Source: Oikopleura dioica (taxonomy: Eukaryota; Animalia; Chordata). Taken from it: a stretch of 64,000 nt of DNA. The translations under genes and the position numbers were made by a program. The stretch is taken from contig OU015569.1 of NCBI GenBank assembly GCA_907165135.1, positions 5,518,001 through 5,582,000 of the forward strand. The letters are read 5' to 3'. Of this stretch, positions 12,408-27,088 are shown piece after piece. Positions within the stretch are counted from its first letter, which is position 1. The number at the start of each line of letters is the position of its first letter. A model generated the notes under the pieces. The model was given only the letters and a program-made list of their open reading frames with translations, had not been told where the DNA came from and did no database searches.

Positions 12408-13873
12408 ATGGATACCAACAGAAAGCGCAAGAACGAAGACAAAGAAGGCGAAGAGCTAAATATGGGCTCTGGAATCCGACGAAAGGTCGACATCGACGAA
12501 AGCTTCGAGAAAGAACTGCAAGCCGAGCGGGGAATCACGATACTCAAAACAAATACAGAGAAAAAGTCAGAAAAGCGTCTCATTGTTGTGCTCGAGAACG
12601 CAAATCTTGAACTTGGTAAGTTGTTTTTTGCATATTTATTCACAATAAATACATTTCAATAAATATGATTTGTTGGGAGAGTTACAGATTACGCTCACGT
12701 TTGGCAGTTTTATCCTCTCGCGAGGTTTGTTCTTTCTCTTCCTTGTTCTCGAAGGAAATTTGGTTTAAGCCATCAAGCATTTCTAAGAAAAATATTTAGA
12801 AATTAATTAAGACGAGTAATCTTTTACCTGAATTGTTCTTTTCCTGCTGAACTCGAGCAATCAAATTTGTCATGGTGAAGAGAGCGGCCCCACTTAAGCC
12901 CGCGTTCAGACCGGAGTTGAATCCTTTCACTGGGCTGCTATTTGGGGCAGCGGGAATTTGAGCGTTCTCGTCACCGTAGTTCATTTTCCGTAAAACCGAG
13001 TTCAATCTGAAAATGTAATTTTGCAATTTACCGTCTTTATTTTAACAATATTGTACAAGTTGATAACGAAGTCTGAATTCTGCTGAGGCCAACGGAGACC
13101 CACAACATTTTCAAAGGATCTGATGCTCTAGAAATCGATCATTTTTGTCTATCCATATTTTTAGTGAAGAATGGGAAGAAAGTTGAATTGTTGAACGCAG
13201 ACACGCACAGAAACATACTGAAAAAGCACGGACGGGATATTGGTTCGGCCAGGCCTGATATCACGCATCAGACATTGTTGAATCTGATGGACTCGCCGTT
13301 GAACAGAGCGAACCTACTTCAAGTTTACATCAAAACCTGCAAGAATGTATTGATCGAAATCAACCCGGCTGTAAGTTAGCGAAAACGATTCTAGAAAACT
13401 ATGTCACATAATCTATGTCCTTTTCTCAGAACGAGACTCTAGCTGGATTTTAGACGCGTATTCCACGAACTTTCGACCGTTTTTGTGGATTGATGGTGAC
13501 GCTCCTTGAAAAGTTGAGCGTGAGAGCGGACGGTGGCCCAATCAAGCTGATGAAGGTGATAAAGAATCCAGTCACAGATCATCTTCCTGCAGGCTGCAAG
13601 AAAACTCTCTTCACGTACACGACGAGCGGAATCATTCGTCCTGCTCAGCTCGCGGCGGAAGCTGGCGACATGCCTCACTGCGTCGGTAAGAGAGAAATGA
13701 AGCATGTTCGAAATGATTGAAACTAATTTTTAGTAATCGGCGCCATGGCTCACGGCAAGGTGGACGTAGATTATTGTGAGAAGGAAGTTTCGATATCGCA
13801 TTATCCTCTTAGTGCTGCACTCTGCGCTGCTAGATTGACGGCTGCCTTTGAAGAGCACTGGGGCATTCACTAA
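12408..13873 (+). CDS. EMG1: EMG1/NEP1 18S rRNA pseudouridine methyltransferase
   Basis: [75 protein letters not shown]. Confidence 0.95.
12682..12984 (-). CDS. small two-exon orphan gene nested antisense in EMG1 intron 1 (~85 aa)
   Basis: [16 protein letters not shown]...QQEKNNS joins through a 45 bp GT-AG intron (12783-12827), phase-matched, to [33 protein letters not shown]-stop. Confidence 0.55.
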
Positions 13874-13917
13874 AACACTACCCCAGTCGCACTTATTGAA
13901 CCCTTCCTTTGTTAAGA

Positions 13918-16386
13918 ATGGAAATATGTGATGGTGTCTTTCTCGGAGACTTGAGAGATCTGGAGAGGAGCGACTGCACTTCCGTTCTCAGTCTCTACAA
14001 TCTTCCACTCGACTTGTCTCGTTTCGGAGAGAAAAAACTCGTTTACAAAGTTGAAGATTCGCCGGTGACAGACCTTCTAACCGAGTTTCCGCGGATGATC
14101 GACTTCATCAAGAGACAAATAAAAGAAAACGAAGCCGAAGATGGTGAAGAGAACTCTGTGCTAGTGCATTGTCAGGCAGGTTCATCAAGATCTGTCACTG
14201 CTGTGATTGCGTTTTTGATCGGAGAGGGAATCGTCTCGACTGTAGAAGGAATTGTTGAGAAAAATTATTTGTTTTGCCTGTAATCTCTAATAGAGATTCT
14301 CTATGTTCCAACTATCCAAGATGCACATTCAGTATTTCTCAGCTGTCTAAAGAGGGAATCGCGTTGATTGTTCAAAAAGGTGGATCTCCGAATCCAAACG
14401 AAGGATTTCTCGCTCAACTTGAACTATGGCAAGAAATGGGAGGAAAATTAGACACAAACAATCCTGGATTCAAACAGTACAAGATGAGCATGTTTCAAGA
14501 GTCAATGTTGTTGGGAGCACCTCACGAAGATCGTCCCGGTAATTTCGAAGAACTGGTTAAACGTACTCCAAGCGAGCGGGATCCCGCTGCTTTCAAGTGC
14601 AAGAAATGTAGACGCGCGCTTTTTCTGCCCGCGGCTATAATTCCACACGGGAATGGATACGCGGGGAAAAAGGACTTCTTGGATAAGAAAAGAAGAAGAA
14701 TGAAGGATAGGGAACAAAAGAACATTTGTTCGTCTGTCTTTCTTGAGCCGATGGAGTGGATGGAAGATCTTATTCGTGGGAAATTGAATGGCCTGTTAAC
14801 CTGTCCGAAATGCTCTCAGAAGGTTGGACACTTCGATTGGTCCGGTTCGCAGGTAAAGCTTACTTCTGAGTAATATGAAGACATACTCCCTTTGAAATGA
14901 TAGCAATTTAGTGAAAGTAGATCGTTTTATTTAAATCAGCATACACGATCGTTTTACAGAAATTGGGCTAGAGTTTTTAGTTTAGAGAATACATGAAGTT
15001 AAGGGGTTCGTAGTTTGCTTTTTGTCAGAGTTCGTCTTTTGTGGAGTTTGGAAGGAGATCTAGTCAGTCTTGTTGATAAATGAATTGCTGAATTGTGTCC
15101 ATTCCACCGGTAACGAGTTCGGCAGTTTTCTCATGTGTTGCCGTGCCGAGAAGTTTGGGCACGCCGTTGATAGAGATTTCTCCTTTTCTATAGGCTTCGT
15201 ACGCCTGATTCCATCGAAAAGCGCAGAGGCACCAGCGGTCACCCTCTTTCAAACCAGGGAATCCCCACGATCTAAAATTAATATCTAGATATTCTAAAGA
15301 CCTTAGAAGAAACGATATTCCGATCAATCGGAATGTCTTGACACTTGAATTAAGAGCTTTGTCGTTAACGAAGATTACTTACGTTGGGTCCATGAGGTTG
15401 TTTCCCTTTGACTTAGAGAATTCCAAAAACTCTGTTGTCACAATTGAGCAGGTCGTGTGTGTTCCATAATCTCCCTGGTAAAGTTTACAGGTTCCGTCTC
15501 TTGTCCATCCAGTCATAGGATCTGTCGAGCAAATGGTAAGATCATCTCCATAGATATTGACGTTGTAGGCCATTGCGATCGATGCTGAATTGTTAATTCA
15601 GAATTGAATTTCAAAAACGGAATCTCTTTTCAATCGGCTTCTTTATCTCTGATTTCGCGGTCGGTTGCTCGAATGGTCAAAAGAGTCCAAGCACCAATTC
15701 ATGGAAAGCTATATTTAATCCAAATAAATTAGTTCAAGGACCGTCCCGACCATCGATATTAGCTCAAAGGATCTCTTGTTGACAGTGGTCGTCTTCTTCT
15801 TCAGTGTATTTCGTTGTTTCAAGCTTGAAAAAGGGAGGACTCACCGAGGGCAGGGATAAGCTTCATCTGAGAAAGAAGGTGTTTCTATGAGTAGGGTCGT
15901 ATTGGAAATGATTGAAGGAGAGCGAATTCTGGCTTTCAAGAAGGGTTACCGAAATATTACGTAACAGCGTTGCGCTACGTCTCGCGGCTTCGGGCCCCTC
16001 CCTTTCAACCGTTTACGCAAAAATGACATGTTGCCAGTCGATTCTACCCGCTTCGGACAGTACTCTCCCTTTGCAATCAGTCGGATTGCGCTTACTTAGG
16101 ATGATCATGACTTTTTGTAGTCAAAAACCTGGTTAGTCGAAAGGTCAATCGTCCGTAATGATCTAGAATGAAGTAATCGTCGCTCTGCCCCTTGGCATCT
16201 TCCTATTGATGAACGACTACGGAAGATTTCATTTCCGCGTCTGATTTTTTAGTTTATCCTCAAAAATTGGTAGTTCTTGTGATTGCTTAAAGATTTGTGA
16301 TTTAGTGCTCATGCGGACAGTGGGTATCTCCAGCGATTCAAGTGCATCGAAAGCAAACTGATGCTCCTCCCGGATTTGGCTTATGA
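13918..16386 (+). CDS. DUSP12: dual-specificity phosphatase 12 (Yvh1)
   Basis: Catalytic VHCQAGSSRS, PNEGFLAQL, zinc-binding FKCKKCRR..LTCPKC..HFDWSGSQ; last exon CSCGQWVSPAIQVH at 16306-16386 after a ~1.45 kb intron. Confidence 0.92.
15064..15573 (-). CDS. DUF2237-family protein nested antisense in the last DUSP12 intron
   Basis: CSTDPMTGWTRDGTC..GTHTTCSIVTTEFLEFSKSKGNNL, intron 15272-15382, then FPGLKEGDRWCLCAFRWNQAYEA..ATHEK; these are the DUF2237 hallmark motifs as I recall them. Confidence 0.85.
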
Positions 16387-16524
16387 AATCTTTTTCCTGT
16401 CTGAATCATCTGAATAATGAACTTGACACTATTGTTCTGCGAACGATCTCATTCTCCGTCAGAGTGGCATATGTTTAGGGGTAGAAAACGCCTTCTGAAA
16501 CTGTCAGATCGCTGCTTGAAGCAT

Positions 16525-17942
16525 ATGTTACGACTCAATCGTTTTGTCGTAAAATTCGCCTCCTGTCGCACCACATCCGGTTTTTATTCCGGATGCGACC
16601 CAATGACAAAAGAAACAATCCAGAAGCATTGCCGACTGTGGCCCAACTTCATCGAACCTGCCGTTGAGGAACTCTTTCTGCAAGAGATCGAGCCACAAAT
16701 TAGGTAAACGCAGCGGTCCACTTCCGCGGGGCCAGACTCGTCAGAGACAAACCAACTCGAGCGCTGTTACAACTTTTACGGCCGATATTGGTCAATAGCG
16801 AGAGTAAACACGATTTTAAGAGAGGCAAAAGAGAGACTCACAAAAGAAACAAAAGATGATCTCGCAGAGAAATCATCATCCTTACAAATGTTAGATAAAT
16901 CGTTTCATTCTTCTTTCTCTGAAAGAACTTATCTTTAAGACATGTTTTATTCTAGGGAAGTGAAAATATATTTTTTTGCTTTTGAAAATTCACTTCCACT
17001 CTTGCGATTATAAATTTTAAATCACATTTTTGTTCATAGGCATTTGCCATATAACGACTCGCATTTTGATAACGCTATCCACGAGTACCGCGAAATTCAG
17101 AAATCTAGCTGGACAGGGCACTGGACACATTCAACTTCCGGCTTCTCACGGGTGACCAAATAGCATTTTGTTTGTCAATCCAGGGCACAGATACAGCTTA
17201 ACTTCTCAAGTACTAGTCTACCCTTGTTTTTACAACTGCACAAAAAACAAAGGAGTTCCTCTTGACAGGGCCGTCGAGCTCCGTTTCCAGTGCCCTTTTG
17301 AAGATAGCTCACTTCAAGAGATTATGAAAAAGGAATGGGTACAGCGTTTCACTTTTCTTCCTTTCAGAGAGCCAGCTTTATCCTCAACAAGGTCACAAAA
17401 ATATGTTTCGACGAAAGTGACCAAATCAAGCCACAGACGCACTGCCTTGATTTAGCGGGAAGCGGTGAGATTCTCCCTCATGTTGATTCCGTAAAATTCG
17501 TCGGACGTGGCCTGGCTACCATTTCTCTCCTCTCAGACTCAATTTTGCGCTTTCGACGAGTCAACAACCCCGACGATTTCGTGGACATTCTCGGTAAACA
17601 GGCGATTTTGAATTCAAACGAAAATGAAAAATAGTCCCAAGATACTCACTCTATTGTATGGCTGACGAGGCGCGCTTCGACTTCACTCATGAAATTTTAA
17701 ACAACAGCAAAAGCTTTTTCAATGGCGAAAAAATTAACAAGTCAAGGTGATCACTGTTCGCACTTTGCTAGACTGAGTTGGAGCGGAAGTAACATTTCTG
17801 TAGGAGAATATCAGTGATTCAGCGAGTCGAGCCAGACACCCAAGTCGGACGCTTGTTCGATAGTCATGGAACCCTCGACGAAGAAGACGCCTATTACGAA
17901 GAAGAGGAGTCCAGTTTTCCCGAACTGCCACCACTGAGATGA
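16525..17942 (+). CDS. ALKBH7: AlkB homolog 7, mitochondrial
   Basis: Arg/Ser-rich transit-like N-terminus, HFDNAIHEYRE, LDL..GEILPHVDSVKFVG..ATISLLS (HxD iron motif), ARFDFTHEIL, RRISVIQR. Confidence 0.88.
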
Positions 17943-17994
17943 ACGAGTACTTGAAACTAACTCGATTATATTTTCAGATGATGTCGATGTCAAT

Positions 17995-20488
<2,494 letters not shown>

Positions 20489-20690
20489 ATCCGCTGATGT
20501 ACAATATTTAAACACGAACACCTTCCTGGAACAGAAGAAAATGATCAACGCACAAACACGACAACTGTAAATACTGATCTACCTTGCCCTATCTCAAGAA
20601 CTTTCCAACCCCTCAACTTTTCAGAGCACAGCTTTCCCCTTCTGCTTTTAACTTTTTTCTGAAATTCGAAAGAAAAATTCAAATAAATGA

Positions 20691-21338
20691 AGATGATTTC
20701 AAAAAAATTTTTGCGGGTCTGAAAATCGTAAAAATTCTGAAAGTGCAGTTTTCTTCAGCTTGTTGAGACGAGTCGAATGGTGGGTCAAACTCTTGATAAC
20801 TCCAAGGATTGACCGGTTAACCGGCTGGTTACCGGAAAATACGTTTCCGGTCGCCGTTTTTGTTCTAGAAATGCTAGGATGATGAATGAACCCGGAAACT
20901 GATCCTTATGATCAGTTCTACTGTGGGCGAAAAGATATTGGTCGAATATATAGCGAAACTTTTTTTAACGATAAAAATTCTAAATTTTGTATGTATTTCG
21001 TTGTTGCTGCACCTTCCTAATTTTCGGTCCCATTTTCATAAGAAAATAGAATTTTGGTGATAAGCATCTTATGGTTAGAGATATGATTCTCATTTTTTCA
21101 CCCACAGAAGAACTAACTTCAAGGACCAGTTTTCCGCTTTTTTTTGTCATTCTAGCATTTCTAGAACAAAAACGGCGACCGGAAATGTATTTTCCGGGAA
21201 ATTGCCGGCTAACCGGTTAATCATTGGAGTCATCAAAAGTTTGACCCATCATTCGACTCGTCTCGACGAGCTGAAGAAAACTGCACTTTCAGATTTTTTA
21301 TGATTTCCGGACCCGCAAAAATTTTTTTGAAATTATCT
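20691..21338. mobile_element. fold-back MITE-like element, copy 2 (same family as 9443-10088)
   Basis: Same terminal GATGATTTCAAAAAA and shared internal blocks (AAGTGCAGTTTTCTTCAGCT, TTACCGGAAAATACGTT, TTTTTGTTCTAGAA) in both arms; more diverged than copy 1. Confidence 0.8.
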
Positions 21339-21867
21339 GAAAACAATATTTAACTTTTGACGGATAGAACGCAATGAGTGTATCTAGATCTTCTACCGGT
21401 AGTTGTTATTTCTTTTGGCCACAAGCAACAGTTAGTCAGAGCATGATTGAAGATAAACTTACTGCGCATTAGTGTTATTGGATTTCTAGCTATGATGATT
21501 TGTTAGAATTAGAATTAGGTTTTTAGTAAATATTTGTTCGGCCGATTCGGTAGTGTCAAACGGTTTTCACTTAATATCTTTTAACGCATTCTGTAGTGAA
21601 GGATTGTAAAATTTTTCTGGATGAGTTGACTGTTCAGATACGAAGAAGGAGCTGTTGCGCATTTAGACATTCGTAGTAGCTGGAAGCAGAAATCAATTAA
21701 CATCCTGTGAAGCCATCGAGTCTTGTTGCCTTGCGCAAGCGCCGCACCTACGCATTTATCGCCGCTGAGTAATTTTGCGAATTCGTGATTTTAAAAGAGC
21801 ACGGATTCTGCTTTATTTCGTCCTCGTCGGTATTATTCAATAACTCAGGAGTGCTTATTCAAACGAT

Positions 21868-22806
21868 ATGAGAGAAATTACGGTCTCAAGTTTGGCTCTC
21901 ACAAAAATGATGCTTCACTCGTATAAATACCCTCATCTACGTGAGTTTTCTTGAAAAAATTAACTGAAATTCATCGTTTCTAATTTTTCAAGATAATATA
22001 ATACAAGTCAGAATATTTCGTAATTTTTCACTAGTCAGGAAATAGTTATTTGGGTTATATAATATTACTTAAATAAGATTCTTGAGTTACTTTTGCTTTT
22101 ATACTTGTGAATTGAATATTTAGCTGTAAATGGTGTTTTACTGATGGACTGCGACATCGAGAAAGAAACTTATATATCCGAGTGTATTCCTCTTTTCCAC
22201 CAGGTGAGTATAACTTTTGTTGCGCAGTTGTGATCTGAATTGTCAGGGTATTTCGCTGAAGCCAATGTTCCAAGTAGCGATGAGAACGGTAGAAGACTAC
22301 TGCGAGCGGAACAACCTGGCCATCGCTGGCTACTACGAGTCGCCCGAAATCGTCAAGAGCGCCACGCCATCGCAGTACGCGGAGAAGGTCGGCGACAAGC
22401 TCCGTGAGCAATTCAAGGACGCCTTCCTTCTTCACAACATTTGGCAAGAAGACTCCAAATTCGCCCTGAGACCGTTTGTCAAAGAGGTGCGAAATTTTAT
22501 CGATACTTCTAGAATCTGTGTTGATTGATTTGCATTTAGTCTGGAAAGTGGGTTTACTCTTCAAACAAGCTCAGCTTTGAGAACGAAAACGTTTTCAAGA
22601 CCGTCGCTCAGCTGCATAAAGCCGACTTCTGCCTCGAACTTCAAGTTAGAACTTCTATTATTTTGCGCACGCATGGCCTTTTCTAGGACTTTGACTGCTA
22701 CCTCGACAACTTCACGAACGACTGGACAAACAGATCTCTGCAAGAAGTGATTATGCTTGTGGACGCGCAAACCGAGCACCAAGATGCTAGTATAAAGGCG
22801 AAATGA
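21868..22806 (+). CDS. EMC8: ER membrane complex subunit 8/9
   Basis: Spliced TKMMLHSYKYPHLPVNGVLL..ECIPLFHQGISLKPMFQVAM..IAGYY..AEKVGDK..QDFDCYLDNFTNDWTN. Confidence 0.9.
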
Positions 22807-22971
22807 CACGAATTGAACAATGGCGCTACTATTTCTACCTTTTCCTTCCCAAAATGTCTCACACCGAGCTTTACTTTCTTAGATTATTTCGAATTTGTGC
22901 AATCTTCAAACATGTTGTGTGCGCTCCGTTAATTCAATAGCGTCGCAAAACTGATTTCGCTTGTTCAGAAG

Positions 22972-23431
22972 ATGTTGAACAGAACTCTCGCTCGACAGAT
23001 CGTCTCCGTCAGAAACTTCCGATCTGGCTCTTTCCAGGTAATTCGCTTTAGAAGGAGTTACTAATCTGCGCTTGTAGAACAAGTTCAACCAAGTCCCACC
23101 AAAGAAGGTCTACTGGGGCTCTGCCAAGCTCTCTGGTGAAGCTTTCCTCGCTGCCGGCGCCATTTTCTTCTTCTGGGCCTTTGACCGACTCGCTCGAGCT
23201 GACTTCCTTTACTCCAAGTTCCACATGTCTGCCTCTCACTTCCAGATGGGTTCGCTTCGTGTTTGAGTTCGCACCAACTGACAAAATCGTTAAGATAACA
23301 TCATCATCGTCGATGGCAAGTACCGATACATCCCCACCAAAATGCACCCCGCCGAGCACGAGAAGGACGTCTCCTACATGTCCAACTTCACCGAGTACGA
23401 CTGGACCCCTACTGATGGCAAGGGCATCTAA
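22972..23431 (+). CDS. small mitochondrial single-TM protein, possibly complex I subunit NDUFB2
   Basis: Three exons give MLNRTLARQIVSVRNFRSGSFQ-NKFNQVPPKK..EAFLAAGAIFFFWAFDR..DWTPTDGKGI. Transit peptide and C-rich codon usage; only weak resemblance to NDUFB2 (YRQFP..EFFSGLMWFWILWRF..QWTDEELGI). Confidence 0.5.
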
Positions 23432-23730
23432 GCTCGTTCACGTTAACCCTAGTAAGTCTTTGAAAGTTGTTCTTTTTGATCATTTATTGGCGTCTGATGA
23501 ATAATTTAGTTGCTCGATTCCAAGCAGAAGTCGAAATCGTCGTTTCCACCTGTTCAAACCTTTCGGATTATTTATTCGACCGCATGCAAAAGAAAATTCC
23601 CTTTTCTTCGGTCTCCTACTAAACACGACTCCAATAAAAGTCAATATTCGCATTAAAACTAACATGTTCAGACTTGTTTTTGTTTTCCGAATCGACTTGC
23701 TATTTGCCTGTTGGGTGTAAAATACGCTTA

Positions 23731-25593
23731 ATGAGCAAATTGCAACGCATTGCCAGAAGCAGGACTATGATGCGCATGATGGACGATCCTCGTTCAATAG
23801 AACACGAAGTCCGAAAATTCATTGACTCTGGAGCCCTTGAGGAATACTGTACGTTACAATTATCTTCAATATTGCTTGCTAAGCCCAATTTAGTCAAAAA
23901 CGGCAAAATAACGCTTCAGTATCTTCTGCATAGCGTTCAGTTGGATATGCCAGACGAGTGCGATTGGGAGACGTTCCAAGAAGAATTTTTCCGCCAGTAT
24001 TCTCAAAAGATCATAATTTGTCGTGCTCTCTCGAATTCTAACGATGACGATAGTAAGATATTTCTTCATTTGCATGTATTGATCGTTCATTTAGGCAACC
24101 AAGAGGCGAGCCCACAAACTTCTGGCTTCAGAAGTGATTTTTCGGTCTCGCGCACTGTTTCTCCCGTTAGAAAACTCCACGGTGGTCATGATAACAACAA
24201 TGTGATCGACGCGAACCGTGAGTCCAGTCGCCGCCGTCGAACGCAAGCTATAAGAAGAGGCGAGCAAGCTCTTCTAGAAGAACGCTTGAATCGTCTTACG
24301 ATCAACGTTGGTCATCAAGTTGTCCGTCCACCCCCAGAACCTCAAGTCAGCCTGATGCCTAGACGATCGTGCCGTTCGAGTCCCCAAGAAAGATCTAACA
24401 AAGGGCCGACCGCTTGCAAGGATCACCTTGTCAAGCGCTGCAGTAGGGTGGCTCACTTTTCGGGAAGGTCTTCCGATTACGTTCTATCCTTGTCAGGTGG
24501 AATGTTTCTACCCATACAACATATAAAAAATAAAAATTCGAAAAAAAATTTTTTCCCCAAAATTTTTTTCCAGAATTTTTTTCTCAAAATACAGTTTTCG
24601 TACTGTAATTTCTCGGCACATACCCGAACCTTAGTACTAAATTACATTTTTCGAAAGAGCTCATCAAGCTGGTCATTATGATACCCATATCTTTTTTCGG
24701 ACAGAAGTGTGACAAAAGTTATGGCCAGTTAACCCCAGGTTTTTTGGCCAAAATATCGAAAATTTCGAAAATTTTAGGCGTTTTCCTGAATTTCAAGGGC
24801 AGATAAAAATACTTTCCGAAAATCTCCCAGGGGTGGTTGAGTGCTCAAAATACTCAGCAGAATGAGCTCTTTCAGATAAGCACAAGAAATCGGGTGTGCC
24901 GGGAAATTGTTGAAAAAGTGAGCCACCCTACGCTGCAGGGCATTGATTAGATCCCAGTCCGAATACCCGCGCATTCTACGAGTTGATGAATACGAAAGTC
25001 TTTACCAAAAGCTTTTCGACAGTAATCTCCGAATAGATTGCGAACGACACGGAGATAGTTGGGCGACAATCAATGAGCTTGGAAGCGAGGAGGGAGAAGT
25101 TTGGAACACACGAACCCAGGCAACTACCTTGCTCTATTCTCCATTCAACGAGGAAAGAGTTGGCCATGGTGTTCAAATCAAGTACTTAGCTGAGAAGTCT
25201 GTTTTGACGGGTTTGTAGTAAGTTCACAGTCTAGGGAAATATCCAGTTTTTCGAGCGGGCCTAAAATTATTCTAGCTTGTTTAAACCGAAATCAATTCAA
25301 TACTTGGATTCAAACGAGATCAATGCACTCCGAAAGGGTTACGGACGCCTTCTCGAGCGATTGTCATCGGCTGAGGAAGTGGCGAAGATCAAAGAAACAC
25401 CGTACGATTACCGCTACTTCTGCTGGCTCTGCGGTGCGGACGACATCGACGAAGTTGTCGAGGTCCTTGTCAAACCAACCAGGTAAGACTCATCACTTCC
25501 TAGTTGGGAAGATCACAACTATTTATTGTTAGAAATGATCACTCGCTCTCACCGGTCAATTTTTCTCCAAACCGTGTTTCAGTTTCAGTCTGA
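23731..25593 (+). CDS. unknown protein; coding exon interrupted by a hAT-type element
   Basis: Long open frame from 23731 runs into the element; the frame resumes at 24939 in register with the pre-insertion allele; further exons include YDYRYFCWLCGADD. Confidence 0.6.
24444..24930. mobile_element. non-autonomous hAT-type MITE, 487 bp
   Basis: 17 bp perfect TIR (TAGGGTGGCTCACTTTT / AAAAGTGAGCCACCCTA) flanked by an 8 bp direct repeat CGCTGCAG at 24436-24443 and 24931-24938. 8 bp TSDs and TAGGG termini are typical of hAT elements. Confidence 0.92.
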
Positions 25594-26396
25594 AAGTTTA
25601 AATCAAGTCTTGATGGCAATGCGACAAAGCCTAGGACGCGTGATCCAATCGATTTTCCTCATTTTTACAAATCAATTTTGATTAACGAGATAATGTCTTC
25701 GTCGTCAAAAACTGTTAGTTTTCCCCGCCGAAGATTTCGGTGACAAGCGTGATCATGAAAAATAGTAGCGATATATTTTTTGATTAATAGCTTATGACTC
25801 ATAGTGTATTCTGCTAAGTTAAACATTTATCACTGCGATATTTTCAGACAAGAGAGATCCTCTCGCCGCTCCTCCCGACAATTCGAATCTACCTAAAGAG
25901 GATCTCTTTATATAATCAATTTTTCACACTGTCATAAATTTGTTTTATAATCTAAATTTTCAAGACCTGCCTGTTACGAGCTCTCATTTCCTAACTGAAA
26001 ATCGCTTAATAATAAGAACGCTCAAAAAGTTCAATTCCTCAATAGCTGCTCAAACTGCGCCAGTTTTTCCCTATCTCGTTTCTCGTTTTTTTCCACGTTT
26101 CTCGTTTATTGTTGCAGGTCACTAAGTGCTAAAGAGAACTCCTAACTCTAACCCAAACTACACTACCAAAATTCTTCATGCTGTATCGCTGTCTTTTGCC
26201 CACGCTAAAAAAAGTTCGGGTTAGAGTAATCACTTCAAACGTTTCCAAAATTGTTAAATATTTTAAAACAAAGGTTCAATAATTCTTAACTATTTTTCCT
26301 CTGTGCTCTTATTATTTTCTTCAACTTTCAATGTGCATCAAGTTGAATATAAAAATCTCAAATTTTGACTGAAATGTAACTGTTATCTTTTAGAAA

Positions 26397-27088
26397 ATGG
26401 TGTTGTCAATATTTCAAAGGTTTCTCGACTGGCTAAAAGCGCTTTTCTTCAAAGAGGAGATGGAGCTATCGCTTGTCGGCTTGCAGTACTCGGGCAAGAC
26501 CACATTTGTTAACGTGATTGGTCAGTCTTTCTTCCCGCTCGTCTGTTTCACTCAGTTTTTCTAGCGTCTGGCAGCTACACAGAAGACACCATTCCCACGG
26601 TCGGATTTAACATGCGTAAAGTTCAAAAGGGCAACGTATCGATAAAAATTTGGGATATTGGCGGACAACCTCGTTTCCGAACAATGTGGGAGCGATACTG
26701 CCGAGGCGTCAACGTAATCGTATACATGGTCGACGCGGCCGATCACGACAAAATCGAGCAGACAACTCGCGAGCTCCACGAGCTTCTTGACAAACCATCA
26801 CTACAGGTTTGAGAAACTATCAAGCAGCTGTATATATCCATTTATTCTTCAGGGCATGCCCGTTCTCGTGTTGGGGAATAAAAACGACCTTCCCAACGCG
26901 CTCGACGTTGACAGCTTAACTGACAAACTCAATCTTGATCGAATCGACGACCGGGAAGTCGCAGTTTACACGATCTCCTGCAAAAATAAAAATAACCTCG
27001 ACGTCGTTCTTCAGGTTTGATCTGCTGCGCTAACTATTCTGGCTAACTTGCGTTCTAGTGGTTGACAAATAAAGCGAAGAAGAACTAA
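26397..27088 (+). CDS. ARL8: ADP-ribosylation factor-like GTPase 8
   Basis: [64 protein letters not shown]; four exons. Confidence 0.97.

Noticed and set aside
15600-16250. Second nested antisense gene upstream of DUF2237 in the DUSP12 intron
   Set aside because: Exon-like fragments and splice signals exist, but I could not assemble a phase-consistent model; left unannotated.
17803-17942. Acidic stretch (DEEDAYYEEEESS) as the missing FGFR acid box
   Set aside because: It is in frame with the last ALKBH7 exon, ends in a stop, has no donor linking it to FGFR, and FGFR has its own signal peptide.
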